IMG/VR virus record: IMGVR_UViG_3300025314_000006
DNA length: 64,000 nt
Direction: 5' to 3' (one strand)
DNA from: a virus
Lineage: Duplodnaviria; Caudoviricetes
The position numbers and the translations under genes are program-made. Positions 14,408 to 24,269 of the stretch are shown here, in pieces. A model generated the notes under the pieces. The model was given only the letters and a program-made list of their open reading frames with translations. It had not been told where the DNA came from and did not search any database. The stretch's first letter is position 1. The number at the start of each line of letters is the position of its first letter.

Positions 14408-14944
14408 TTATTCAGAACTCATAAGAGATTCTAAATCTACATGAGAAAAAGAAAGCTCTATTGTTTTTTGATTTAATATTTCAATTTCATTTTGAGTGGT
14501 TCTGTACTTTGTTTTGAAGTGTGAAATTTTACTTTTCACTTCCGTAGAAGTAACAGCCGGAATATATTCAACTTTTATTGATTTTCTTGTTCCGTTTCCA
14601 AGGTTCTCAAATTTTGTTGTTTTTGTTGGTTTAGTGCGAGCTAATGCATTTTCATAAATTGATAATAGCAATTTGTTATTATGCATAGAGCGAACTTTAT
14701 TGTCTACTTGATTTTCTTTGTTAAAAGAAGAAATCTTTGAATTTATTTCTTCAGAAAATCCAAGGGCTTTTTCCAAACGAGAAACAGCTTCTCCAAATTT
14801 TTTAATATCTGCCTCATCAGTAATGACCTGGTCATCTTCTTTAGTTGAACCAAGTGGAGCTCTAAAAGTTTCACTTTGAATAGATTGAACTGATTTAGAA
14901 ATTTCATTTTTAAGTCTTAGTGCTTCTGATACAGTAATGTTCAT
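14408..14944 (-). CDS. Coiled-coil protein (DIP1984/DUF6847-like)
   Basis: N-terminal SEALRLKNEI and C-terminal QNEIEILNQKT pattern; own promoter TTTG-19-TACATTTG at 14979-15009. Confidence 0.5.
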   Translation of the reverse strand: MNITVSEALRLKNEISKSVQSIQSETFRAPLGSTKEDDQVITDEADIKKFGEAVSRLEKALGFSEEINSKISSFNKENQVDNKVRSMHNNKLLLSIYENALARTKPTKTTKFENLGNGTRKSIKVEYIPAVTSTEVKSKISHFKTKYRTTQNEIEILNQKTIELSFSHVDLESLMSSE

Positions 14945-15010
14945 GATGATATATTTTAATTATTTATTGTTTGGGATACAAATGTAATAATAAATTTAAT
15001 ACAAACAAAT

Positions 15011-15160
15011 TTATTTACATTTTTCTTCTTTAGATAACTCTTCTATAATAACAGAAAGTTGTCCACATGCGGCACCGTTGTTAATTTCTGATTGAGTTGC
15101 CACTGCTACGGCATATTCAAAACCGCTTTCTTCTAATTGTTTTTTTATTTCTTCGTTCAT
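15011..15160 (-). CDS. 49-aa protein matching the C-terminal fragment of an RlmN-like enzyme
   Basis: MNEEIKKQLEESGFEYAVAVATQSEINNGAACGQLSVIIEELSKEEKCK*; contains the RlmN/Cfr AACGQL motif; absent from the ORF track. Confidence 0.7.
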   Translation of the reverse strand: MNEEIKKQLEESGFEYAVAVATQSEINNGAACGQLSVIIEELSKEEKCK

Positions 15161-15172
15161 TTTTTTGTTTTT

Positions 15173-16060
15173 TTAAATTAAAGTTAAACCGTTAAATCCA
15201 AATTTTAAATTCTTACCATTAAATACAACTAAATTAGAAGGATGTTCTGGCTTTAAAACGCATCTTGAGTATGCTTTTACAACCTCTATATCTAATTTTT
15301 CTGGTATATATAAATAGTTATTACATTTACAACTATCAAAATAATTCCATTGTTTTGATAATAACATTCTTTTCGTTTTAAAATCAAAACTCGAAAAGTC
15401 TATAAAATTTTCTTTACAAAAGTCATTAATTTTCATCAAAGAAACAAATCCAACATCATATATTTTTAAAAAATTTGCAAATTCTAAAAATTCGTATATT
15501 TCTTTCTCAGAATCAATATTGTTTTTAATTAGATTACAACTTAAATGTAGTAAGTTTTTGTTAATTAATTTTTCTTGAGCTCTTTTTAACTCTACGGTAG
15601 ATAATGCCTTAAAACCTAAAATTTCATTATTCTTAACATCTTCATAGTGATGTCTACTAATAGAAATGCTATCAAAATTATTTATTTCGCCATTCTCGAA
15701 TAAATTTAATAATTGAAATCCATTTGTGTTCATTACAAGAAATGTTTCCGGAAAGTAAAATCGAATTAAATCAATTATTTTATAAAGTTTTTTTAGTTCT
15801 AAAGTTGGTTCACCTCCAGTGATTGATATTTTTTTAACTTCAATTTCTTCTTTTAATGAAATTAAAGTTTGTTCAAATTTTTCAAAATCAAAAGCGTTTG
15901 CTACATTTTTAAACTCACAAAAAGAACAATTTGCGTTACATCCATTTAATTGAACATATAAATTAATATACGGTTCCGTTATTGGAACCATTTCACAGCC
16001 ATTTAATGAACAGTTATGAGATTTTAAATCTATAGTTTTCCCAAAAATAGTTGTTTGCAT
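15173..16060 (-). CDS. Radical SAM protein
   Basis: CNANCSFC (CxxxCxxC), ITGGEPT, NTNG. Confidence 0.9.
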   Translation of the reverse strand: MQTTIFGKTIDLKSHNCSLNGCEMVPITEPYINLYVQLNGCNANCSFCEFKNVANAFDFEKFEQTLISLKEEIEVKKISITGGEPTLELKKLYKIIDLIRFYFPETFLVMNTNGFQLLNLFENGEINNFDSISISRHHYEDVKNNEILGFKALSTVELKRAQEKLINKNLLHLSCNLIKNNIDSEKEIYEFLEFANFLKIYDVGFVSLMKINDFCKENFIDFSSFDFKTKRMLLSKQWNYFDSCKCNNYLYIPEKLDIEVVKAYSRCVLKPEHPSNLVVFNGKNLKFGFNGLTLI

Positions 16061-16062
16061 TT

Positions 16063-16374
16063 TTAACAGTGGCTAAAATTACTTGTTTTACCTCCTCTAC
16101 CACACGGATCTACATCAGAAGAATTAGAAGAAGATTTTCTCTTTAAGTCTTCAATTTCTTTTTTTAATTTTTCCAACTCTAAACATTTTTTATCTAATTC
16201 AATTTGTGTTTTACACTTTAATTTGAATTCTTTCAAAACTGCTTCTGAAATTTGCCCAGTATCAACAAGTGTTTTTTCTGCTGCTTCAACAAAAGTTTCC
16301 ATATCGTTTGGGTGAGTTTTAGAAAAAAATTTATAATATTCTTCCAAAAATGCTATTTCGTCTTTTTTTGCCAT
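16063..16374 (-). CDS. Hypothetical protein with a low-complexity Cys-containing tail
   Basis: Ends SSSNSSDVDPCGRGGKTSNFSHC. Confidence 0.65.
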   Translation of the reverse strand: MAKKDEIAFLEEYYKFFSKTHPNDMETFVEAAEKTLVDTGQISEAVLKEFKLKCKTQIELDKKCLELEKLKKEIEDLKRKSSSNSSDVDPCGRGGKTSNFSHC

Positions 16375-16381
16375 GTTGTTT

Positions 16382-17167
16382 TTATTTTAAATTTACACCT
16401 TCAATAACTCCTTCTCCAAGATGGTTATTATTAGAAACTTCATTTGGATTTATAGGACTTAATTTAATGAAAAAATTGTCCTTATCAAAATTTTCTTTTA
16501 ATTTATCAATATTAAAATCACTTTCATCAACTAAAGTCATGTTTAAAGTAGTTTTTAAGTTGCTGAAAGTTTTTATTTTTCCAAGTTCTGAAATTGTCAT
16601 TTTCTTTTTGTATGGAATTAGCCAATTTCTTTTTTCATCTTCCAGTGAATGCAAAGATACTTGAAGAGTGATATTATCTTTTATCCAACTAAAATCAGCA
16701 TCTTTAATTCCAATTGTAGAAACATAATGATGGGTATTTGAATACAAACTTGTAATTCTACGAATTGCTTCTTTAACATTTTCAACATTAAGTCCGAAAT
16801 CACCCATTCTGGTATAATTAATTTTAAACTCCTGGCTTTTAGATGGATCAATATCTTTATTTTTTTCAATGACAAACATTACTTGTTCAACTATTTCCTG
16901 AGCTGTTAAATTTCTCCATTTTTTCATTTGTCCAGTTGCACAAAATTTACAACGAATAGGACATCCTGACATTACGCTTACACCAATCATATAGCGCTCT
17001 TTTCGACTTCCTAAATTTTCATCTTTTAAAAAATTTTGGTGTTTACCTATTGCGTTTTTTGTGTAAAATGGAAGAAATGTATCAGTGGTTTCTATCAACA
17101 TTCCATCTTTTAACTTTAAACAATACACGGCTCCATTTGAGAATTCTTTTTTACCGGCGATTTCCAT
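16382..17167 (-). CDS. RlmN/Cfr-like radical SAM protein lacking its C-terminal catalytic-Cys segment
   Basis: VSVMSGCPIRCKFCATG, NLTAQEIVEQV, RMGD, VSTIG, LQVSLHS; no ACGQL in this ORF. Confidence 0.8.
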   Translation of the reverse strand: MEIAGKKEFSNGAVYCLKLKDGMLIETTDTFLPFYTKNAIGKHQNFLKDENLGSRKERYMIGVSVMSGCPIRCKFCATGQMKKWRNLTAQEIVEQVMFVIEKNKDIDPSKSQEFKINYTRMGDFGLNVENVKEAIRRITSLYSNTHHYVSTIGIKDADFSWIKDNITLQVSLHSLEDEKRNWLIPYKKKMTISELGKIKTFSNLKTTLNMTLVDESDFNIDKLKENFDKDNFFIKLSPINPNEVSNNNHLGEGVIEGVNLK

Positions 17168-17168
17168 A

Positions 17169-17417
17169 TTATTCTAATTCTTTCTTAATTTTTAATTTAG
17201 CTTGTTGCCTGGTTCTGTGTTTTTCAACCTTTTTTTCAGTTTTAATATCTGCTCTTTCTCTTTTAGCATCTCCTATATTATCATAATTTTCATAAGAAGT
17301 ATTATGGTCTATAAAAGCCGGAGTATTACGTTTATCTCCGGTTAAACAATAAGGTTTCATTTTCCTTTGTTTTATCCAGTTTTTTATTTTTTTGTTTATT
17401 TTTTTAGTTCTGCTCAT
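17169..17417 (-). CDS. Hypothetical basic protein
   Basis: 82-aa ORF in operon. Confidence 0.55.
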   Translation of the reverse strand: MSRTKKINKKIKNWIKQRKMKPYCLTGDKRNTPAFIDHNTSYENYDNIGDAKRERADIKTEKKVEKHRTRQQAKLKIKKELE

Positions 17418-17441
17418 ATTTAAAAAGTTGCAAATTATTCT

Positions 17442-18347
17442 TTAATGTCTTTGTGGGTCTATTTTTTTATGACAATTAACACAACAAGTTATTCCATCAA
17501 TATTTTCATGTTCTTTTATTACTAATATAATTAAATTTTCAAATTCCTCATTATTTAATTCTGCTATTTTCCTTCCACTTAATATACCTAAAACTATATC
17601 ATTAAATGATTTACTTTTATGATGCACTTCCAATTCTCTATTTTTAACAAAACAAAATTGACATGTAAAATCATCTCTTATCAATATTGGTTTTACCCAT
17701 ACTGGATATAATCTTGTTCGTATAACTTGATTTCTTTCTCTATTTCCTTTCCAAAACCAATGTTTTTCTCCGGTTACTTTCTTTATTCTTCCAGACGTAT
17801 AGCCTTCAATTAGTGATTTTGAAACTTTTTCTTTTGTTTCTTCATTTTTCATTGGATTTTTATTACCCTTCATTCTGTCTGAATTTAATTTTGATACTTG
17901 TTTTTTAGTTAATCTTTTCTTTTTAACAGTTCTTCCATATTTTTTTATAGATGGATTATTGTCAGATTTCATTAAATCCACTATTTTCTTTTTATTTTTT
18001 TTCTTACATTTTTCACATTTTTTTCCTAATATTATTCTGGATTTTGTTTTTGTTGCATTTCTTTTTACAGTAGCATAAATTTTGTTACACTGTGGACATT
18101 TTATTTTTTTTTCTACAGTTTTATAATTGTTATGTTTGGTACCTTTACATTTCTCACACAAAACTTGATGTTTTGTTCCTGTAAATTTGTTTAAACAATA
18201 CTTACACTCTTTATCTTCATGTCTTTGCTTGTAGTTTTCTGATGCTATCTTATTAGAAAGTATTCTTCTACATTCCTTAGAACAAATTTGCTGAACTTTT
18301 GTTCCTACAAATTTAGCATTACATATTACACAATTTTTATCTTCCAT
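17442..18347 (-). CDS. HNH homing endonuclease
   Basis: Multiple CxxC; RMKGNKNPMK NUMOD-like; RDDFTCQFC...LEVHH...CCVNCH. Confidence 0.8.
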   Translation of the reverse strand: MEDKNCVICNAKFVGTKVQQICSKECRRILSNKIASENYKQRHEDKECKYCLNKFTGTKHQVLCEKCKGTKHNNYKTVEKKIKCPQCNKIYATVKRNATKTKSRIILGKKCEKCKKKNKKKIVDLMKSDNNPSIKKYGRTVKKKRLTKKQVSKLNSDRMKGNKNPMKNEETKEKVSKSLIEGYTSGRIKKVTGEKHWFWKGNRERNQVIRTRLYPVWVKPILIRDDFTCQFCFVKNRELEVHHKSKSFNDIVLGILSGRKIAELNNEEFENLIILVIKEHENIDGITCCVNCHKKIDPQRH

Positions 18348-18436
18348 ATTATTTACACCAACTTAACATACGTGTCAATTGTAAATATATGTGAATTTTA
18401 TTTCAAAACAAATTATTAATAAAATGTTGTGAATTT

Positions 18437-19171
18437 TTACTGAAAAGCTGGCAATAAATCAGAAACTTCTGATTCGTGAAGTATTATTCCATTTTGGGCA
18501 CAGAATTTTATAATTGACAAACAACTGTCTTTTTGGGCAGGATGGTTTCCATATGCCTTTAATTGATTGAAATATAACTGATGTTTCTCAGACTCTTGTC
18601 TTCTAACACATCCCAATGTAAGTCTTTCATTTGTTTTGTCATTAAAAACACGAAAACCTATATAATGTTTTTCAATTACATAATTATAATATGAAGCAAT
18701 GCAATGATTCATTGTTGAGCCTTCATGATTTAATTCGTCAATAGTTGCAATCAACTCTATTCTAATATCTCCATATGCACCTGATAATTTAACGAATGGA
18801 GCTACTGCTTTTTTAAACTCTTCAGCGAGTTTTTTATCTAAACTTCCATCGGTTTTAAACTCGGATACAAGTTTATTATGAAGAATTTCAACAGAATATT
18901 TATTGAGATTTAAAATTTCATTTTCGTCTCTACCATAAATCTTTAACATGCGAACTGTGTCTACATATATCGTCAAATAATCTTTACCAGACACAGAAGG
19001 TTCATTCATACCTTGAGTGAAAAATGATTGTATTTGTTCAAAAGATAAAATTTCACCATCACCAAAATTACAATTTAATCTCAGGAAGAATTTTTCAATA
19101 TCTTCTTCAGTGGAAAATTGTTTTAATATTTCTATTTGGTCCGGTGTTATTTTTTTGAGAGTTTCGGTCAT
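18437..19171 (-). CDS. PcfJ-like domain protein
   Basis: ELNHEGSTMNHCIASY...RLTL...QLKAYGN motif. Confidence 0.7.
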   Translation of the reverse strand: MTETLKKITPDQIEILKQFSTEEDIEKFFLRLNCNFGDGEILSFEQIQSFFTQGMNEPSVSGKDYLTIYVDTVRMLKIYGRDENEILNLNKYSVEILHNKLVSEFKTDGSLDKKLAEEFKKAVAPFVKLSGAYGDIRIELIATIDELNHEGSTMNHCIASYYNYVIEKHYIGFRVFNDKTNERLTLGCVRRQESEKHQLYFNQLKAYGNHPAQKDSCLSIIKFCAQNGIILHESEVSDLLPAFQ

Positions 19172-19219
19172 GAATATTTTTTACTTAATTAAACGATAAA
19201 GTTAATAAAATGTTTCCAA

Positions 19220-21121
19220 TTAACTTTTTTTATTTAAAAATATCTTTATCAAATCTTTAAATACGGTACTTTCTACTTTATTTGATTGCGTAAACGTTTC
19301 TTCACCATCTAAAACTTTGGAAATAACTTTTTCTTTTTCTTTCAATAAATTCATTATATCTTCATCAATAGTTTCGCAGCAGTATAGTGTGATAATTTGT
19401 ACATTGCCAATTGTTGTTGCTCTATGAATTCTGTCATGAGCTTGCGTATTAATGCTTGGACTGAATGACTGAGAAATCACAATAGCAGTATTTGCTATAG
19501 TGAGTGTTATCCCAACCGAGGCGGCGCCTAAACTTCCAAGAAACACCATAACTTCACTATCTTTATCCATGAATTTTTGAACTGCTTCATTCTTTTCATC
19601 CATTGATTTCTTACCGGTAAAAACCACCGATTTATTACCAAAGTATTGATGTAATTCGTCAATGTTTTTTAAAAATTCTGCAAATACAACAATTTTTTCA
19701 CCATTTTCAATATAATTTTCAATTATCTCAATGGCTTGTTTTGTCTTTATGGAGCAAGTTATTTGTTTTAGTTTTTGGGCTTTAGCTAAGTATCCCAATT
19801 CGGTTTCTACTTCTGTAATTTCATCAACAACACCTTTTTCAGCTTTTTTATATTCTCGCCACTGTTCCAAAGAAAGTTCAATAGGAATGTCGGTAAAAGT
19901 TTTTGGAGGTAAATGCTTAAGGATGTCTTCTTTTTTTCTTCTTATAAAATATGGAGATATTCTTTCGCTTAATTCTTCTAAATTAGAATTTCCACTAAAA
20001 TCCCAATATCCATATTCATTTTCGTGACCATTACAATATCTAACACCAAAATGATGCTGATTTTTAAATTCATCTGGAGCTATCATATTTAATAGAGGAA
20101 ATAGTTCGTAGCTCCTATTTAAAATAGCGGTTCCCGACATGAGAATCTTCCTTTTAATGCTTTTAAAAGCCTTTCTTGAAATTTTGGAACGAGCACTATC
20201 CATGTTTTTTAAATAATGTGCTTCATCAAATATTATTAAATCATAATCCTCTACCCTTAGTTCAACGTCGTCTTTTTTAATAAATTCCAAAGCATCAGCC
20301 TTAGTTTTTATCGATTTTTGTCTTTTACAGTTTGGACATTCTTTGTATTTTTTCCTATCATTAATTTCAATAAATCCACATTTTGGCGTTGTGCATTTGT
20401 GAGAAAAATTATATCTTATAAAACTCTCAAGACTTTCATAATTAATAATATGAAATAAACTTTCTTCTTTTGTATATACTACTTCATTTGATTTTCTTCT
20501 TGGTTTCCATTTATACACAAAGGCTTTTTCATTAGAAAACTTTAAAACTTCATTTCTAAAATTTAATTTAAGACTGGCCGGCATAATTGCTAAAATTTTT
20601 TTGTCTTTTTTTGTCATTATACCATACAAAATACTCTCTAAACTTTTACCGGTTCCTGGTTCATCACCGATTATGGCCAATCCTCTACTTTTATCACAGA
20701 AAATAGCTGCTTGTTTTTGATATTCATACGGTTCTATTTTCATAAAGCCCCAATCAATAACAGAAGTGTCTATTGTTTCGTATTTGGCCTGAAGTGCTTC
20801 TTTTTTTGTTTTTAGTCTCAATTCAAATTCCTTCTTCAACTTTTCAACATCTTCCGGCTCCATATTCGTAAACTTGAACTTCAAATTATTAGACTTAATA
20901 AAATCAATAATTTTAGCCAAAGCAGCTTCATTAACTACGCGATACCAATCATTGAATATTGTTCCGTCTTCTTTCCTAACAGAATCCATTTTGGTTTGTT
21001 GTTGGTCTTTAGGCAAGGACTTAATAAACTCAGACAACGATTTATTAAAATGAAAATAAGGCTTAATAAAATTAAACCTTACTTCAAAATTTGTTCTTAA
21101 TTTTTTTATTTCTATTGACAT
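19220..21121 (-). CDS. SNF2/HARP-like superfamily 2 helicase
   Basis: GDEPGTGKS, DEAH, MSGT, QAHDRIHR helicase motifs. Confidence 0.9.
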   Translation of the reverse strand: MSIEIKKLRTNFEVRFNFIKPYFHFNKSLSEFIKSLPKDQQQTKMDSVRKEDGTIFNDWYRVVNEAALAKIIDFIKSNNLKFKFTNMEPEDVEKLKKEFELRLKTKKEALQAKYETIDTSVIDWGFMKIEPYEYQKQAAIFCDKSRGLAIIGDEPGTGKSLESILYGIMTKKDKKILAIMPASLKLNFRNEVLKFSNEKAFVYKWKPRRKSNEVVYTKEESLFHIINYESLESFIRYNFSHKCTTPKCGFIEINDRKKYKECPNCKRQKSIKTKADALEFIKKDDVELRVEDYDLIIFDEAHYLKNMDSARSKISRKAFKSIKRKILMSGTAILNRSYELFPLLNMIAPDEFKNQHHFGVRYCNGHENEYGYWDFSGNSNLEELSERISPYFIRRKKEDILKHLPPKTFTDIPIELSLEQWREYKKAEKGVVDEITEVETELGYLAKAQKLKQITCSIKTKQAIEIIENYIENGEKIVVFAEFLKNIDELHQYFGNKSVVFTGKKSMDEKNEAVQKFMDKDSEVMVFLGSLGAASVGITLTIANTAIVISQSFSPSINTQAHDRIHRATTIGNVQIITLYCCETIDEDIMNLLKEKEKVISKVLDGEETFTQSNKVESTVFKDLIKIFLNKKS

Positions 21122-21128
21122 ATACTTT

Positions 21129-21719
21129 TTAATCCCACCAATGATTTATTCTTTCGTTCAATACTTTAAACAACAATTCTTGACATCTTTTTTGATTAAA
21201 ATCAGCTAACATCATTGCTAACTTTTTTTTGCTTGATGTTAAATTTCTATCTTGTTTAAGAACTTTTTTTACACTTGCTTTGTGTTTTCCAAAATAATCA
21301 TCAAATTTTTCCCATACAGGGATAATATCCAACTCATGACAATCTGCATGTTCCTCAGATTGAATCCAATTAAAATCATCTTTACAATAATCCATATATT
21401 CCATACTATAATATTCTTCTTGAACTTTTTCTATCAAATTAAGGCATAATGTAATGTCTTTATTAAGAGCTTCTACTCCTGTATGTCTATTTGCCTCAAC
21501 AAGATATTTGCGTTGCTGTAATAGCTTAAATTTGATTATTTCAAAAATATAGTGGTCATCCCAATTTTTATCTTTATAAATAATCGGAATCCAAGTAATA
21601 ATAGATTTAATTCCTTCAATAAATTGATTTAACCAAATAGGTAAATATCTTTTTATTGACTTTCTATTCCAAGCAGAATCTGCTGGAACCTGTAATTGTT
21701 TATGTTGTTTTGTTTCCAT
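21129..21719 (-). CDS. Hypothetical phage protein
   Basis: 196-aa ORF ending ERINHWWD. Confidence 0.7.
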   Translation of the reverse strand: METKQHKQLQVPADSAWNRKSIKRYLPIWLNQFIEGIKSIITWIPIIYKDKNWDDHYIFEIIKFKLLQQRKYLVEANRHTGVEALNKDITLCLNLIEKVQEEYYSMEYMDYCKDDFNWIQSEEHADCHELDIIPVWEKFDDYFGKHKASVKKVLKQDRNLTSSKKKLAMMLADFNQKRCQELLFKVLNERINHWWD

Positions 21720-21825
21720 TTTATATTATAAATAACCGTAAATGCAAATAAAACTGTTTTTAATGTAAAATGCAATGTTCGTTTAATAAATTATTAGATA
21801 TTTATAAGAATAAAACCATATTAAC

Positions 21826-22329
21826 ATGTCATTAGAAATAAAAAGAAGTGAACTCGATTCCTTAATTCAGGAAGAGGTTTTAAAACAAAATAAGAAACTT
21901 GCTTTAGAAAGCAAAAAAAATAAGATATTAAAAAGCTTAAATGAGCTTGATGGTTCCGGCCAAAACACAGCAGGCGAACTTAATGCTGCTGTATCCACTC
22001 CAACACCAAGCACTCCACCTCCAAGCACTCCAGCACCGAGTGAAGCTGGAAAAAAAGAAGAAAAACAAGAAAGCATTTTTGATGCTAAGCCCGGAGAAAC
22101 AGTTATTTTCAACTTTCAGGATGTAACAATCAAAGTACAAAGGCAATTGGACGATTTATTTCGTGTGGTTGATGCTTCTGAGAGTAAAAAACTTAAAGAT
22201 GGGGATTATGTAAAAATTCAAGGAAATGATACTCTTGCTAATGGTAAAAAGTTTAAATTTATAATCTTAAGACAAGCATTAAATTATGAATCAAATCCGC
22301 TACAATCTTGGAAAGTAATTAAAAATTAA
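21826..22329 (+). CDS. Hypothetical protein, putative virion protein
   Basis: LDSLIQEEV and KSLNEL motifs; TATTTAT at 21799-21805. Confidence 0.65.
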   Translation: MSLEIKRSELDSLIQEEVLKQNKKLALESKKNKILKSLNELDGSGQNTAGELNAAVSTPTPSTPPPSTPAPSEAGKKEEKQESIFDAKPGETVIFNFQDVTIKVQRQLDDLFRVVDASESKKLKDGDYVKIQGNDTLANGKKFKFIILRQALNYESNPLQSWKVIKN

Positions 22330-22349
22330 CTAACCACAGTTAAAGAATT

Positions 22350-22384
22350 AAAAACCCTCTCAATTTATCGTTGAGAGGGTTTTT
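22350..22384. terminator. Bidirectional intrinsic terminator
   Basis: AAAAACCCTCTCAA/TTGAGAGGGTTTTT between convergent genes. Confidence 0.85.
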
Positions 22385-22403
22385 GTTGTTAAAAGCTTTA
22401 TTT

Positions 22404-22988
22404 TTACAATCCGGCCAATCTTCTCATTCTTTCTCCGCTATTCATTATGGTATCTTTTCTACTTGTATTAATTCTTGAAGCTTTGTTTTTGCTATTATTA
22501 CTATTTCCGACAAGAAGTCCTTCTGACATAGGTGGCGGACCTTGAACTGGAGCTTCTGGTGTATTGTTAGATTCTGGTCCGGCTAAATCAGGTGTTTGCT
22601 CTGGTTGAGAAAGCGTATCTCCACCTTCTTTTGGTTCAGTTATTGATTTAGCAACTTCTCCCTGCCATGATTTGAAAAAGTCATATAGATTAGCTGGAAT
22701 TTTATAATTATTTTCATCAAGACTCATTTTAGACTCAACGAAAACTCCATTCGTCACAGAGAAACTCCATTTAAGATAATTGTCAGATTTTAAAATAATT
22801 GTTCCTGACCACAAGGAATCAACTCCGCTTTCTCCATTGTAAAATTTCATAGAATATCCATTATCCTGTTTGTCAAATTTAACAAGAGGACTAACTTTTT
22901 CTCTAAAATCATTTTCCCATTTTATAACTTCTGCCTTTGTTATCTTTGGTGCTTGCGTTTCTTTTGGTATTGTGTTTTCTGGTTCCAT
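22404..22988 (-). CDS. Hypothetical protein
   Basis: 194 aa, ends ERMRRLAGL. Confidence 0.65.
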   Translation of the reverse strand: MEPENTIPKETQAPKITKAEVIKWENDFREKVSPLVKFDKQDNGYSMKFYNGESGVDSLWSGTIILKSDNYLKWSFSVTNGVFVESKMSLDENNYKIPANLYDFFKSWQGEVAKSITEPKEGGDTLSQPEQTPDLAGPESNNTPEAPVQGPPPMSEGLLVGNSNNSKNKASRINTSRKDTIMNSGERMRRLAGL

Positions 22989-23002
22989 TTTAATTTTTTT
23001 TG

Positions 23003-23197
23003 TTAAGCTTTCATGCCGGCTCTAAATAAATATTCATCTATCTCGCCCTCATCTTTAAGTGCTGGATTAAATACTTGTTTAAGCGGATTCATTGGAAGTT
23101 GTTTTTCAGGCTCTCGAATAGTCTCGTTAGCTACTTTTGTAACTTCTGCTTCAATTAACTTTAATAATTCTTTCTTTGTCATTTTATAATTCTTCAA
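23003..23197 (-). CDS. Small hypothetical protein
   Basis: MTKKELLKLIEAEV motif. Confidence 0.55.
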   Translation of the reverse strand: MKNYKMTKKELLKLIEAEVTKVANETIREPEKQLPMNPLKQVFNPALKDEGEIDEYLFRAGMKA

Positions 23198-23399
23198 TAA
23201 AATAATTAGCCTTTAACCAAAGGGTTTTATAATGTTTTTTTAATAAATCTTTTATAATGGTTTTGACTTTTTCTTCATCAGTGATTTTTCCATCTTTTAT
23301 TCTACTTTTTAATTCTGTATCTAAAACGTCTTTAATCAAGTCTTTTATTTCAGTCTTGGTCATTTCTGTTTCTAATATTATTTGTGTTTTTGTATTCAT
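23184..23399 (-). CDS. Small hypothetical protein
   Basis: 71-aa ORF in operon. Confidence 0.55.
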   Translation of the reverse strand: MNTKTQIILETEMTKTEIKDLIKDVLDTELKSRIKDGKITDEEKVKTIIKDLLKKHYKTLWLKANYFIEEL

Positions 23400-23405
23400 T
23401 ATATA

Positions 23406-24269
23406 TTATAATTTAGAATATTCCCATTTAAATCCACCAGCAGTATATTTATTATTTTTTAAACATTTTGATATTTGTTTTCTTGAAACATTTAATGTTT
23501 CAAAAGCGTTTTTTATACTTCTAAAACAATTTATAAAAACACCATTTTTATCCAATTGATTTATTTTCTTGGTATTTTTTGGAATATTTCCAATTCTTTT
23601 ATATGGCTCAAAAATAAAATTTTTAATTTCACATTCATAACACCAATAAAAACCTCCGGCACTTTTTCCATTTTTTTTACAACACCTACTTAATGATGAG
23701 TTATTTATTCCTGTTATATATTCAGCCTCTGTTAGTGATTTGAATTTTTGTATTATTTCTCCAGTTTTTATATTAATCTGTATTATCCCTTTAAAAAAAT
23801 TTTCATTTTTCTGACCAAGATGAGATTCTCTTAAATTTTCAATATGAGAATCTGAAAAAATAATTCCTTTTTTATTATCTGACATTAATTTTTTTGTTTC
23901 CTCAGAATGTTTCCTGTTTGTACTTGAAATTGATATTCTCTTTTTTGTTTCTTCGGAGTGTTTAAAATTTATAGCCCCTGTTCCTTTCGCATTTGCATTA
24001 ACAAGTTTAAAACCCCATACTTTAAATTGGCAAATCCAATATTGCTCCCAAAATTCCCAATCATTATTATCTACAATATCTAATATTTCGAAAATTGGAA
24101 ATAATTTCTGTTTCCGCAATGATTTAATCCAATTAACTCTATAACTTCTTCCTTTTTTGTCTTTTTTGTGAGAGCGAAACCTAACCTTTGGATTAATTGT
24201 TTTTCCAACATATCTCACTTGTTGAGTATTGGGGTCAGTCAAAGTGTATATATAACAAAGATTATCCAT
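23406..24269 (-). CDS. GIY-YIG homing endonuclease with NUMOD3/NUMOD1 motifs
   Basis: YIYTL...RYVGKT; KHSEETKK repeats; KSAGGFYW and TAGGFKW. Confidence 0.85.
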   Translation of the reverse strand: MDNLCYIYTLTDPNTQQVRYVGKTINPKVRFRSHKKDKKGRSYRVNWIKSLRKQKLFPIFEILDIVDNNDWEFWEQYWICQFKVWGFKLVNANAKGTGAINFKHSEETKKRISISSTNRKHSEETKKLMSDNKKGIIFSDSHIENLRESHLGQKNENFFKGIIQINIKTGEIIQKFKSLTEAEYITGINNSSLSRCCKKNGKSAGGFYWCYECEIKNFIFEPYKRIGNIPKNTKKINQLDKNGVFINCFRSIKNAFETLNVSRKQISKCLKNNKYTAGGFKWEYSKL

